A stretch of DNA of 64,000 bases, from contig OZ234493.1 of assembly GCA_965153455.1 (NCBI GenBank), positions 21,628,213 to 21,692,212 on the forward strand, read 5' to 3'. The notes beneath the pieces are model-generated. The model had not been told where the DNA came from and made no database searches. It saw only the letters and a program-made list of their open reading frames with translations. The stretch is from Sphagnum compactum. Lineage: Eukaryota. Below are positions 1 through 13,789 of this stretch, piece by piece. How positions within the stretch are numbered: the first letter of the stretch is position 1; every line of letters begins with the position of its first letter. The translations under genes were made by a program, and so were the position numbers.

Positions 1-331
1 TTTTTGGAGCCCCCATATGAAACAAACCTGTCCTATGATATTCCTAATACTATGAATCCAATCATGAGACTTATGATCCAAATGTCAGTTTGTGACTGTG
101 GTGGCATTATCAGATTCTGTCTTTATTCTCAATATTGAGTGTTTAATTGAGTCACAATCTCACCTCATGGAAGAGGGTGAGGGTTGATCAGTCCATATAG
201 ATCCTCCCCCACTGAATATAACAATGACGATGGTTTACTTATGTACTTTGTCACTCATCATTCTTTAATGCCTACATGAAAGTATTCCATAGTATTCTTC
301 CATCATAACTGGTTGCTTTCTATTGCTGCAG

Positions 332-632
332 GTACTATTCACATCAGTGGCGCACATGGGCAGCATGCTTTGTGCAGGCTGCATGGCGACGCTACTGCAG
401 ACGCAAGATTGCAGAGCTACGGCGCATGGAAGAAGATCTCAAACTGCAGGAAGCAATGGCTGGGGCTGATAAAATGCTTACAAAGCCAAGCCTTGGAGCT
501 GCATTAATGGCTTCACGTTTTGCCACAAATGCAATGCGAGGAGTTCAAAGGCTACGAACAATACATGCAGCAGAGATGACACACATATCCAACATTCCTA
601 AGCCCACTGAACCTGATTTCTCTCTTGAGTAG
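332..632 (+). CDS. CNGC: Final coding exon of a plant cyclic nucleotide-gated ion channel (IQ/calmodulin-binding C-terminus); the rest of the gene lies upstream of the window
   Basis: Acceptor ttgctgcag at 323-331; exon reads (R)YYSHQWRTWAACFVQAAWRRY...PSLGAALMASRFATNAMRG...IPKPTEPDFSLE*, matching the conserved plant CNGC C-terminal motifs (WRTWAACFIQAAWRR, SRFAAN, KPxEPDF). Confidence 0.93.
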
Positions 633-3600
633 CAGGGCTATTGGTAAATTAGGGTTTCTATCATAGCATGGTCTAAACTACTCCATGCAAAACCAACCCA
701 TAGACACTCAGTCATCAGAGTTTTACTGCCCCATCAATTCTTGATGAGTTATACAGTAAGTATGGACCAGGACATGAAAAAGAGTCAAGGAGGAGAAAGG
801 ATGCAAGTTTCTTCCTCCTTGAAAATGTGAATCATGTGTTATCTCTCTAGTTATACTGCAATCACATCCTGCTGAATCCTTGAAATTCTGTTTGAGACTG
901 GGGGAAAATGACCAATGTGTCAGGAACCTGTCAATAGAGTTACTGGACAGAGCTAGAGATTCACAGAGTCTGTGCTAAGATAATGACTCTGATACTTTAC
1001 TGAAAGTTATGTTACAAAGTCTAAAGATACTCCTTGCCAGGGTCTGATTACCCTGCAGATTTTGACCTGCTTTAGATTTCATGGTATGTATACATTGGCT
1101 CTGATAAGATATGCTATTTTCATTTCCTTTTAATTCAGTTCACCTAAGGTATTCATCTTCCTTGTATTGAAGGTCACCCAAGATAATTAAGGAGAGATTG
1201 TGTAGTATGAACTGTGGTGATTGCAAGGAGTTATCTTTTTGAGGAGGTCCTCAACAAGTGCAAGGCGGTTCCCACTGTTACAACTTGACGAACTTGTACA
1301 GCATGCAAGGGGTATGGTCATGCTGGTTAATTTGAATCCCTTGTATGAAATTCAATTCAAACATTTACCATATTGCATGCAAAATGACTAGTCTATACAC
1401 TTTGTGATTGTTACTTGAAAGACTTAATATATTGAGGAACATAGTCCACCTTTAGGATGATTACTATCCATGGACCTGTGGTTGTAGAGGTATTGATTGT
1501 TACACCAACTACGCCTGTTTGCAAGTCTTCAAGCTGTGGTGATGTCATCCCTGCCGCAGGGAGACGCATACTGACATGGCTGGCACAGTTACAGCTGATG
1601 GTGCATCCCCCTCACCCACACCCTGAAACTTGCTTGGTCATATGAGCACTTGGTAGGTAGTCAGCAACTTTGAAATATTCTCTCTCTTATGTACTTCAAA
1701 TTCTCATGTTTTGCTGAATGAAAGCATTTCCTTGATCTCACAGAATTGACAATGCCTGTAACTCTAGTCCTTGCTAGAATGCAGGTGAAGAATCTGTATC
1801 CTCACTAAATCCTCTGGTGCTGGCTGGGTGTAGGAACTGTGGAAGCATTGTGCCAACTCCCACAATGGCAAGAATGGCTACCAGAGTGAGCCTCTTCTCT
1901 CTTTTCCATCTTTTCTTGAACAAATTACTCTTCAGCTTCTTTCGCACATTTTTGTCTGCTTGGTTGAGTCAGGCTACTTGGTGGTTTCATGCTCAGTTCT
2001 CTCTCTTGGTCCCTGCACAATCACTCTACCTCAGAGATTGATAAAGGTTGACCAGTATCATCTGTTGTAGAAGGTACTAAGCTCTAGGGTTGATACAATC
2101 CTGTCCATTTCTGGTGCAACTCCATTTGAATTACTCATGATCATCCTTAATTACAGCTAAACTGATTCAGTCTCAAATTGCTGTTGTGACATTTGGGTAG
2201 ACTGTTGCTGCTTAAACGGAGTGAAGACTGGCCATTGCACTTCAGCTTGGATGGATTCATGCTGTACCACATCTTCCCCAGTCTTCTTACATGTGAATCC
2301 TAAACCCTTAAAACCCAAATCCTTAACCGCAGAATGGCCCCATGGTCTGGAAGAAAACCAAAAGAATCCAACATCAAAATCCTGTAGATCTAATTGGAAT
2401 CCTACAGAGAATCAATCAATTGACCTTGAGAACTTCGAAATCAAGCATCTTGTGCTTGCAAAAATGAGTTAAGATGATGGGTGACTAACCAACTAATTCA
2501 ATATCTATTGTTACAACCATGTGATGCCCACATTCTTGGAAAGGTTACTTGTAACATCAGGAGGAGATTTCAATCACCCCAACTTTCATTAATAGTTTAA
2601 TATATTTTTACCACCAAATTTAACTTTTGCAGAGTGGGCCTACATGCAAGCACCTTGTGTAATTATGGCGCCACCGTATAGTGTCCACCTTGTGCTTTAC
2701 ACTTGGTAAGTCCCTTATACAATATGGCCACTTCCGGAAATTTCAACCTAATGCACCCTTGATGAACTTGGACAAGCCCATAAGGACTGTTTAGGTTCAT
2801 CAAAAATAATGTTTCTTGATCCCAACGGGTGTACTAGTTAGGGTCCAAGGCCAATCCATTCCAATGAGTTTATGAATACCTTTACTTGTTTTTTATCCCT
2901 TGTTTTTCAATTTGTGGTTATTGAATTTTTTTTGCCTTATTGTTGTAAGTGCATTCTTTTCATTTCAATATTCAACTACATATGTTCATGTCATGAATTG
3001 ATAGAAAAGTGTGTAGTATTTAGCTTAGAGGAAAGAAGTTTAGCTAGTTTGTCACAAAGGTGATTTAGACTTGCAAAGCTTATTGATTAAAAATAGAAGG
3101 TGTTGAAATATGCATGGGGCTTACACGTGTATGATATAATATGGAACGAATAATACAAAAAGTAATTTATCACTTTTTTAAAATATATATAATTGAGCAT
3201 GAGTTATAAGTATTCAAATTTTGATGTACATAAATGATAGGTATGAGTCTTTAAATTATGTGTCATTAAATTTGAAATGTTTTGATAATGTTTGTGATAG
3301 ATCTACAATGATTTCAAGAATATGTCATAGATTTCAAATCTTTGAAAGAATATGTATCATGATTTTTCGGCTTTTCAAAAATATGTGTTAAGAACTTTTA
3401 TTTATTTTGCAATGTGTTAAATGTTGTTTTAATTGTGTTCTCTGACATGTCATCTATTTTTGTTCTCTTTATATTTTTTTAACATGTTTGTTATTTTAAA
3501 TGATGCATTTTTGGAGCGTGAATATGTGATTTAAAAAAATGTTTTAGAGTTTATGGTTGGGTTTTCCTATTATTGTTGTGTAAGGGATAATCTTACATTA

Positions 3601-6600
3601 GTAGAATGGAATTTGTGGTTTATGGTAAAAGATTAAAAAATTAAAAAGTAGCACAAAATAGATGAAATTTTGGTTTTAGGAGATTGTGATAAAAATTGGA
3701 TAAGAGAATATTTATATATAATAGTTATGTAAAATTTACATTTTTTGTATCATTTTGATTTTGATTTATTATTTTTGAAATTTTTATAATTTTCTATAAA
3801 TTTATATCTTTATTATGGAAAAAATTAAAAATAATCAATTGATTTTTTTTCAACTTATGTTTCATTTAACTTGTGTAATATTTATGTAATCATGGTTTCA
3901 TAAACTTTCTATTCAATTTTTAGTTAACTATGAAAAGACTTTTGAAGAAAACAAAAAACCTTATTACAAATTTGAAAAACTTTTTTGAAATTATTGAACT
4001 ATCAATTTTAAGTGTTGTTTTTTTAATTAATTGAAGTATAAAACTTATGCACTATTTAAGGATACACATGTATTTGTAATGTTTGATCAATCTTTTCATT
4101 TGTTAGGCATTGATGGGTGTAATCATAATTCAATTAGCCAAAATAGGCATCAAATGTTGAACAATCATTCAAAATAAAAAATCTATTCATGTTTCATCAA
4201 TTAAATTATGGCACTCATGACAAGTTGTTTTTTTCAATCATATGACTATAAAAAACTAAAACTAAATAATCATTTGATTCAATTTTAAGTTTTGGTTTTG
4301 GTTTATAATATTTGAATGTGAACAACTATTGTGTCAATAGGATACAATTTTGCAAAAGACTTTACAAAGTCTCATATAACAACAACATTTTGATGAGAAT
4401 CAATATTACATGAGAAATACCTATTAACGACATTCAAAAAACACTAGTAAATTTTTTTAATGTGAAATTATAACACAAAAAGATTGAAAAAAAATTCAAA
4501 ACTATTTTAGAATCTTACCATTTCAATATTCTTTTACTAAGTGTAAATGGGATGTAATGTACATATGTATTAAGCAAAGTAGTAATGTATAATACAAGAA
4601 AATTAAAAATCTAAAAAATGAATTTTTGGTATGAATCATTGGAAGAAAACCTTTTTTTTTTTTTCAATTATGTTTTTCAACTTGTGCTCAATTATAATTA
4701 TAGTTAAAATTTACCCTTTCAACTACAAGTTAATTTTTTCAATTATTTTACAATTGTTGACCAAAAAAGTCCATAAGTATAAGTCAAAAATGACATTGTA
4801 GTTCAAAATGATAACCACATGTCACCACTACAACAACAACCACTTTTAGATATTTTAATTAGAAATGGTATTCGCAATTCAGTCAATAATTGGTTTCAAT
4901 CGTAACTTTTGAGTTTATGAATTTCATCCACAAAAAAATCATGATGTCATCGAATTTTCATCTATATTTCAACCAAGCCATTGAATTGTAATTTTAATTA
5001 GATTAAAACTAAGTTATGCAAAAAGTTTAACCAATAGTTTGTTAACATATAACCCACATTGGGATACATATCACTTAGTATTTGGGCTGAAATTACATGC
5101 ATAGTTTCCTATTTATCTAATTAGTACCTAGCTACTTATGTATCCTAACGTATTTTCAATTACCATAACTTAATACTTATTAATTAACCTTGTTTACAAA
5201 CTAATTTGCAACATGTGTGGCACTTAGGTTGGGCTAAAACTAAACAAGGTGGCACTTAAGTTTAAATCATCCCATACTTATATAAACCTTAAAATATATT
5301 TTAATAGCTTTAAGATTTAATGTAACACGAAAACAGGTCACCAACTTGTATAAACACTACCCATCTCCAAAAGTTTATCATGTAGTAATTGCTGACCTAA
5401 AATTTGGCTGCGCAAAGATCTAAATCAAAGAGTGCATGGCGGCTACTAATGGAGGTTGTGAAGTTGATCCTGGATAATTTTGGCCGAAATAAGGAGGCGG
5501 TGCGGCTTGAATGAGAAGGCATGGAGCTGCATTGAATGTGCTGGTGACGGTGGCTGAGCAGGAGAAGGTTAAATAATGGAGAAGAGGAGTGATGGAAGGC
5601 TCGTTTTTAGGCAGACTATGTGTTGTGGTAGGTCAGGACAGACAGAGGTAGAAGGATCAGAAATAGGCAGATTGTGCTAGACAATTACGGAGATGTGTAG
5701 ATAGAGGAGTAGATCGGTTGGTTTGGAGGAAGCTTGGACTGGTTACAGACTTTTTTCGCTGCGCCAGCAGCCAGCCAAGCATTTGCAATTGGCATCAGGG
5801 AGCATGGTTTGAGGGAGGTTCGGAAGTCTGGAGAGTTTTGCTACTGGGGGGGGTTGAACGGGTGAGCTGTGTAGTATATAGATGATCAGAATAGAAGAAG
5901 GAGGCGGGATCGCAGATGTGTAGAGAGCTAGGAGATTCTGTTTTTGGGCATCTTGGTTGGTTACTGTGATCATCCGCTGCGCCAGCAACCAATCGAGATG
6001 GTTGTTGTGAGAACATATTCTGAGTGAGCAATAGGAGAATGGAGGTCGGCTAATTTTTGCTGATGCGAGAGTCAATCTGTCGAGTAACGTCAGAGAGTCT
6101 TGCAGTAGTGGATGATCAGTGAAGACAATAGCATAGAGAGGTTATGTTGTTGCCATTAGTTATGGTTTGAGGTTAGAGACTCTATGGACCCAGAGGAATG
6201 CTTCACACTTTGATTAGAAGGGCTCCATGGTGTGAGGTGTCTGATTTGGATGAAACACACTACAGCAGAAGGAAGCTAGTACGACGTCTTGTTATTGCAA
6301 GTAAAACTCTTGAGCTCTGGCTTTTGTGATCGGATCTGTCCGATTTAGGTGCATGACTACTGAAGTCGTGAATGATTAATGAATGCATACAGGAGTGTGA
6401 TTTGGGTGAAGGTTCGTAGAGAAGGTGGTTTGTTTTAGAGCAACAGAGTATTCGACTCTGGTCAGTTACATGAACTGCTTAGGGTTGTCTGCAAAGGTTG
6501 TGGACCCCTCCTTTTTGGGTTACATTAATACCTACTAGCTTACTAATTAACGTAATGTATTGCCTAACATAAATTTAAATAACTCTTAAAATATTTACAA

Positions 6601-7204
6601 CAACATACGAAAATTTTATTTATTAATTGAATTATTTCATTTAGTAATGAATTATGTCACATTAGTACCAGAACATGATAATTACATATTAATCCTATAG
6701 TGACATGTAACTGTAAGCAAAGTGAAATAATTAAAATGAGGTGAATTTATTTCATATTTAAGGTTGCATAGTGAGTTAAGCTAATGAATTACACTTCACT
6801 TTTAGATTATTGTCTTCATGTTACATTTTTTTCATATAAATTATTGTTTAATAAACAATAATTTTTTTAAAAAAAATTAATGAATAATGAAATATTCAAA
6901 ACTTAACTTATAGAATGATATAAATGAAATGTTTACAAAAATAATGTTAAAAATTTAATTAGAACATGATCATTCAATAGTTTAAGCAATCACAAAACGT
7001 TTGCATTTATTTGGAACACTACAAGAAAATATCAATTTATGACTTCATTTGAAATTATAAAATAGTTATAATTAACAATTACAACTAAAATTATTTTAAT
7101 TGCATAAGTATACAACATCTAATCGCAAATCATGATTTAACATGATGTTACCAAATAAACCATCAATGATATATATGGTTAACGTATATATGTTCAATTC
7201 AAAC

Positions 7205-7885
7205 GCGAGAATGTGTGCATTAATGAACTTAAAATGGGGAATGCAACATATTGTTTGAAATGTTTTCACATGTAAATGTGTAAAAAGCTTTTGCATTGCT
7301 CATTTGAGCAAGAAATGAAAAAGTTGTCACCAACTGAAACTATGAGACACATAATGCTCATTTGGATTAAAATTAAAACTTAAGAACGTGTGCATTAACA
7401 AACTTCAATTAGGAATGTATCACATCATTAGAAAATGTTTTCACATGTGAATGTTAAAAAAACCTTCACATTGTTTATTTGAAAAACAAATGTGCGAGTT
7501 GTCACCCACTAAAATTTTTAAACACGTAATTTTCACTTACAATGCCCAAAATTAATACTTAAAAATATGTGCATTAACGAATTTCGAATTAGGAATGTAT
7601 CACATCATTGGAAAATATTTTCACATGAAAATGTTTAATAAACCTTCACATTGTTTATTTGAGAAAAAATGTGCGAGCTGTCATTCACTAAAACTTTGAA
7701 ACATGTAATCTTCATTTACAATGCCCAAAAATAATACCTAGGAATGTGTGCATTAATGACTCTCAAATGGAGAGTCCAATAAATCATTGGAAATGTCTTC
7801 ACATGTAAATGTTTAAAAAGTCCTTGCATTATTTATTTGAACAAAACATGTGAGAGTTATCACCCATTGAAATTTCGAGATGCAA
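7205..7885. repeat. Diverged tandem repeat, ~178-bp unit, about 4 copies
   Basis: Motif (g)aatgtgtgcattaa recurs at about 7209, 7384, 7563 and 7742, each followed by ...ttttcacatg..aatgt...atttga...gttgtcacc. Confidence 0.85.
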
Positions 7886-8914
7886 CACTATTAAAAATTT
7901 AGATTTTTCAAACTATGCACAATAAATGAAAGGTTGTTTTTGATTAAATAACATGATTATTTTTATTAAAAACCAAAGTACTAAATGACATGGATATGTT
8001 TTGATTAATTAATTTGATTATGATGACTAATTTCACCATATGTCAAATAACCACCTAATAAAATTCAACCCAAAAAACGACCTTAGTACAAAAAAAACTA
8101 TGTTTGAATCAACAAGGTCAATTACAAAAAAAATCAAATAAACAAACTTAATCAAAATAACTATTAAATTCAAGTTAGTAAAAAACCCAACCCACCTATC
8201 CAACTACTCACATTTCAAATCAGCTTCTTATAACCGATTTAATAATAAGGTTTATTTGTTAGGTTTGATCAATTTGAGCCAATCATTTTAACCAAATTTA
8301 ACCATCAGTTCTACAAAAACAAATTATTTTGATTAAATGATCAAATTAGAAAAGACATCATTTGGATAAATGTAAAAAAAACATTTCATTAATTTGGACA
8401 AGTCGTTTTGGCCATGTCCTATGTGATTAGGGGTGGTTTTTTTAATTGGTAGACTATTACACCATTTGACTAATCAGTTTAACTATTGCATAGTGGACCA
8501 TTAACTACTCAAATTTTTATCCACTTTGTTTTAACTTATTATCATTTTTTTTTTTGTAAATAGGTTTAAGTAGATAGGTAGGTAGGTTATATATAAGTTT
8601 ATGTAGGTCGTAAAAAGGCAAATAGGTAGGTAATAGCCTAACTTAACCTACCTAAGTTAATCTACATAACTTAGTTTAATTTATCTAACCTTCCTAACTT
8701 AACTTAACCTACCTACTTTAACCATTTAAGCATGTATATACGTTATATAAATATTAAAAACTTGAACCATAAATTTGCATAGTGATAAACCAAATCCTTT
8801 CCAATAGATTACACATCAAAGGTGTTTAACTTTTGTTAAGTTTTTTTGTTTCACATGTTTATTTCACATCGCTAAACATAGAGCCTAAAAATAAGTGATA
8901 GCTAATGACGAAAT

Positions 8915-10210
8915 CAAATGATTAAACTTAATGGTTTAATGTAGTGTCTAAATTTAATGTTTAAACTTTTGCTAAATTTAATGATTAATGATTAAACATC
9001 TTGGCTAAACTTTGACTAAACCTAATGACTAAATTTAGTGTCTAAACATAATGATTAAACCTTAACTAAACATAATGGTTAAATGTAATTTATAAATCTA
9101 ATGGTTAGACTTCATGGCTAAACTTTGGAACTAAATTTAATGTTTAAACATTAGCTAAACATAATGGTTAAATTTAACTTATAAACTTAATGACAAAACT
9201 TTGACTAAACCTAGTTGATAAATTTTAATGGTTATAAAATATCATGCTTAAACTTAGGCTAAACGTAATTCGTAAAGTTAATAATTAAACTTCATGGCTA
9301 AGTTTTTACTACACTTAGTGGTTAAACTTTGGCTAAACCTAGTTGATAAACTTAATGATTAAACTTTGGTTAAACCTAATGGTGAAAATTTGTCTAAACT
9401 TAATTAATAAACTCAATGGTTAAATTTCATAATTAAATTTTAGTTAAACCTAGTGGTTAAATTTTGTCTAAACCTCACAACTAAAACTTTGGTTAAACTT
9501 ATTAGTTAAATTTAGTGACTAAACATAATAAATAAACATAATGGATAAACTTTGGTTACATTTAGTGGTTAAATTTTGACTTAATTTAATGGCTAGAAAT
9601 AAATAATAATTAAATTTTGGCTAAATTTAATGGCTAAACCTAGTTAATAAGTTTAATGATTAAACTTCATAACTAAACTTTAACTAAACATAGTGATTAA
9701 ATTTAATGGTTAAACATAATGATTAAATATTAACTAAACATAGTGATAAACCTAATGGTTAAACTTCATTAGTTAAACTTTGATTAAATTTCAACTAAAT
9801 TTAATGGTTAAATTTAGTGCATAAACATAATGATTAAACCTTGGTTAAACATAGTGACTATATTTAATAACAAAAATAATGATTAAATATACTGATTAAA
9901 CTTTGACTAAACATAATGGTCAAACTTAAGTTAAATTTAATGTTCAAACACAATGACTAAACCTTGGCTAAACATAGGACAAACAATGGCTAATTATAAT
10001 GGTTAAATATATAGATTAAACATAATGGTTAAATTTAATTTAATCTCAATGGGTAAATTTAACGATTCAACATAATGACTAAACATAAGTTATACTTAAT
10101 GGTTATATTTATTGCCAAATTTAATGGTTCAACTTAAGCTAAACCTAATGGTTAAATATAACATTGTTACACTTAATGGCTACACCTAATGATTAAATTT
10201 AAGTAGCTAA
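8915..10210. repeat. Long degenerate minisatellite of ~11-13-bp units (taaacttaatggt / taaaccttggc)
   Basis: Continuous reiteration of TAAA(C/T)NTAATG(G/A)T and TAAACTTTG(G/A)C variants, flanked by (AGGT)n/(ACCT)n tracts at about 8570-8720 and 10240-10320. Reverse-orientation copies of the unit occur at about 10880-11070. Confidence 0.85.
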
Positions 10211-10344
10211 ACATGTGGGTTTGACGCAAGTAATATACATGTAGGTGGGTAGGTAAGTGAGTAAATATAAATAAATAAATAAGTAGGTAGGTAGGTAAAT
10301 AAGTGGGTGAGTAGGTAAGAGATAGATACATAAGTTAATGAACA

Positions 10345-10800
10345 ATGTCACATTTGATTAAAAATGATTAGTCATCTTAATTAATGTTCCACTTGATTAA
10401 AAAACATTGGTCATTTTGTTTTAATATCATTAGGCATCTTGACGAAATGTTACATTTGATTAATAACCATTAAATGTTTTTTACTAAAAATTATTGGTCA
10501 TCTTGATTAAATGTTCAACTTGACTAAAGACTATTAGTCATTTTGACTCAAAATCATTGGTCATCTTGATTAAATGTTCAACTTGACTAAAGACTATTAG
10601 TCATTTTGACTCAAAATCATTGGTCATCTTGATTAAATGTTCAATTTGACTAAAAATCATTAGTCATTTTGACTGAAAATTATTGGTCATCTTAGTTAAA
10701 TGTTCAACTTGACTAAAGACCATTAATCATTTTAACTAAAAATCATTGACCATCTTAATTAAATGTTTAATTTGACTAAAAACCATTAATCATTTTGATT
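10345..10800. repeat. Tandem repeat, 63-bp unit (three ~21-bp subunits), about 5 good copies plus degenerate flanks
   Basis: ttggtcatcttgattaaatgttcaacttgactaaag... starts at 10494, 10557, 10620, 10683 and 10746 (period 63). Confidence 0.9.
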
Positions 10801-12084
10801 AAGGTTTTACAACATCATTATATGCATCTATTCAAATTAACCATTATAGTCAAATTGATTAATCAAACAATTAAATTCAACTTTAGTTTAGCCATTAGAT
10901 TCAACTTAAATTTAATCATTAAGTATAGTCATTATACTTAATCATTAAATAATTTTAGTCGCTTAATTTATATTAACTAACAAATAATTTAATCATTATA
11001 TATGTTTAACCATTAAGTTTAGCCATTAAAGTTAATCATTAAATAAATTTAGACATTAAAATAACCATTAGATTTTGTTAATTATTATTTCATATTTATC
11101 ATTCTAATCAATTAATTATTAGTAGTAACTGATCAATAATTTTTAATCCATTAATCAATAAAATAATAATAAATATAAATTATTAATTCGTTAAAAATAT
11201 TAAATTTATTCTTACTGAATTATTTATTATTTTATGGTTTACATTATTTAATCAATTAGTTGATTATATTATTTTATGAATATTTAATATTGGTTTTAAC
11301 ATGCACATTATGTTATCTTAATATAATGACTTGCCACTATAATTTAATAATACATGAAAATAAACATATTGTAGTTGTAAACAAACTGTAATTTAAAATC
11401 AAAATAAAATTGTTTATTTTAAATGTTCATAATAAGAAATAATGTGTTTAAATATGTGATAAGTATAAGCTAAATACATTTAAATATGTTAAATAGGTTT
11501 TGAGATATGCTTCATATATACCTTGACTACATGTTAAATATATTTTAATGTAAGCACTTTATTATACATAAAATGTGTAAGCACATTAGAAAAAGTAACC
11601 AAGCTTCAACTAAATTTGCAACTAAATGAACATAAGGGCCTACTCTTGAATGAAAAACTCAGGAAATTAATCAATATGAAAGGATGTATAATTTAATAAT
11701 AAAATGTAAAAATAATAATAAAATTAAAAAGATGGTTACTAGTTGTAAAAAATATAAAACATAGTTGTAAATAACAAATAGTTGCATGTAGTTGCAAGTT
11801 GGATGGTTACATAATACAAAAAACTTTGTAGTGGATGTGCTTCTATGGGTACTTGTCAAGATCTTCACCAATGAAACTTGTCCATAACTACATTTGAATC
11901 CAACTTGAATATTTAATCAAATCCAATAATGTAAATAGTAGTAAAATGGAAAAAGAGGAACCACAAACCCCAAAAAATAGACACCAAAATGTTTAAAAAC
12001 TTTCAACAACAAACATCATGCTTTATACGACAAGATGCACAAACAAAACTTTCATGAAAATTCTTTTTGGTCATTATATGAAAC

Positions 12085-12335
12085 AATTGTTTTTTTTTTT
12101 GGAGAAAATTTTGGCAAATTTTGATTTAAAAAATATGATTTTGACCTATTGGAAGGACTTTTCATGGAAATAATGGTCCAAATTTGCCATATTTCAAACT
12201 TTTTCCCCTAAATTACTAGATTTTTATGATAAAATCTAGTAGGTAATAAAAAATATAGAAATATTTTGTTTTTTCTCCTTTCATGTTTAATTCTTAACCA
12301 AATCTAACTTAATCATCTTATGGATGATCACCATT
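12085..12335. repeat. Copy of an AT-rich dispersed repeat family (putative non-autonomous transposon)
   Basis: Shares motifs (ttttttgg.gaaaattt, ttgccatattt, ctagtaggta...aaaaatata, ccaaat/ccagattt...aatc...gat..ccac/ccatttt) with 28475-28800 and 55085-55330. Confidence 0.55.
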
Positions 12336-12659
12336 TTAAAGAAAATGGAGTAGTGGGCTAAGATATAACAATGACCTAGACTGCAAAAACAAAAAGACCA
12401 AATTATTTATAAATGACATTTTTAGAAAACCAAAATAGTTGTAAATGACATTTTAAGTTGTTTAAGATCAATTACAAAATGAGATTTTTTCTTATAGTAA
12501 GTTACATGGTGAGCCTTTGTAGAATATTGATAAAAAAATTGTCACATAAATATATTCAATAACCCTAACTCACAATCCATAAGTACGCACATTCATTCAA
12601 AATGCACACCCTCATCACAAATGAATTTTAAGAATAGAACTTCCAGAATTATATTTTTT

Positions 12660-12830
12660 GTTCAACTTTTACCCATTGTATCTAGTCTTAGAAGTCATCT
12701 TCCCTGGCGAGTAATCCCTCTAACAACCTTTGATGTTGTTTTTATAAAATTAGATTGGCCATTTGCATTGGTGCCTTTACTTGAACCATTGCATCCAAAC
12801 CTTGATCCATCATATATTCCATGAATAGCT
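12660..12830 (-). pseudogene. Degenerate coding relic, possibly a retrotransposon polyprotein fragment
   Basis: Minus strand reads MEYMMDQGLDAMVQVKAPMQMANLIL*KQHQRLLEGLLAREDDF*D*IQW: protein-like with in-frame stops. Family assignment is a weak impression only. Confidence 0.3.
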
Positions 12831-13434
12831 CCATGTTTTGCAAGATCATTTTGTGATCATCATCCACATCAATCCCAAATCCATTCATTTTTTAATCAAT
12901 ATCTAGATCATCATATGATTCATAAGTGGCAAAAATTTTAGTGAACTAGTTTTGTGAGTGACAACCCTTACATATGCCATATTAATTTTTTTGACGTGCA
13001 CCTCATGTGGTGATGTCCATTCTACAAGTTTCAATTCTTTCATTTTTTTTTGTCAAGGTTTCAAGTGAGGATGGGTGATATGCCCCCTTATGTGGGATCC
13101 ACACCAAGACCACTTGATGTAATGACACATCAAAGTGATTCACCTTAAGGCAACAAGGTGTTGCGTTAAACAAATCTTGAACCCAATTGTTGGACTTAAA
13201 TGAAATAAGTCAAGGTTACTCGTTGCAAGGTGACAATGTGCCACCACAAGGTGACAAGGTGTGCCTTGGGGGAAGCCTTTGTGCTACCAAATGATTTGTT
13301 GCCTTCATGGCACCAAGGGGCAAAAATGACTTCTAGGTGCCTCAATGATCATCAAGGCAATGTTTAGGGTAACTCACAAGAAAACATAATTCCATTGCAT
13401 CAATTTAATGTAGTTAGGTTGTTGAATTAAGTAA

Positions 13435-13789
13435 GGGGGCTGATCCTCCCACCCTGCTGATTTGCTTCTCCCACCCTCCCCCCCCCCTATCTCGTCTCCT
13501 CCCTTTAATTCTCACCACCTCTGTCTCCGCCTTTCTGATTCCCCCCCATTCCTTGTACTGCCACGCCATGAACCCCCCTCCCGAGGCCACTTACGACGAT
13601 GTCGATGCCTTGAAGGCTGAGTGCAGACAACATGCCGCCGCTCACTTCTATAGCGTCATCACCAAGCGGTCCGATTACAAGATGGGCGTCCTATTGCTGC
13701 ATTGCGGCAAGTCTGGTACACGCGATGATCGAAATAAGGGGGGGGGAGGGTGGGAGAAGCAAATCAGCAGGGTGTGAGGATCAGCCCCC
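13435..13789 (+). mobile_element. Non-autonomous Mutator-like (MULE) deletion derivative, 355 bp
   Basis: ~60-bp near-perfect TIRs (gggggctgatcctcccaccctgctgatttgcttctcccaccctccc... at 13435-13494; reverse complement at about 13730-13789). Direct repeat ttaagtaa at 13427-13434 and 13790-13797. Internal GC-rich ORF MNPPPEATYDDVDALKAECRQHAAAHFYSVITKRSD...LHCGKSG resembles the N-terminal FAR1/WRKY-like DNA-binding region of MULE transposases. Confidence 0.88.

Noticed and set aside
1200-2480. Possible minus-strand gene downstream of CNGC (basic plus hydrophobic stretch near 1800-1960)
   Set aside because: Stops in all frames and no consistent exon chain; cannot be supported.
7205-7885. Centromeric satellite
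   Set aside because: Only about 4 diverged units in a gene-containing region; unit length alone is not evidence.
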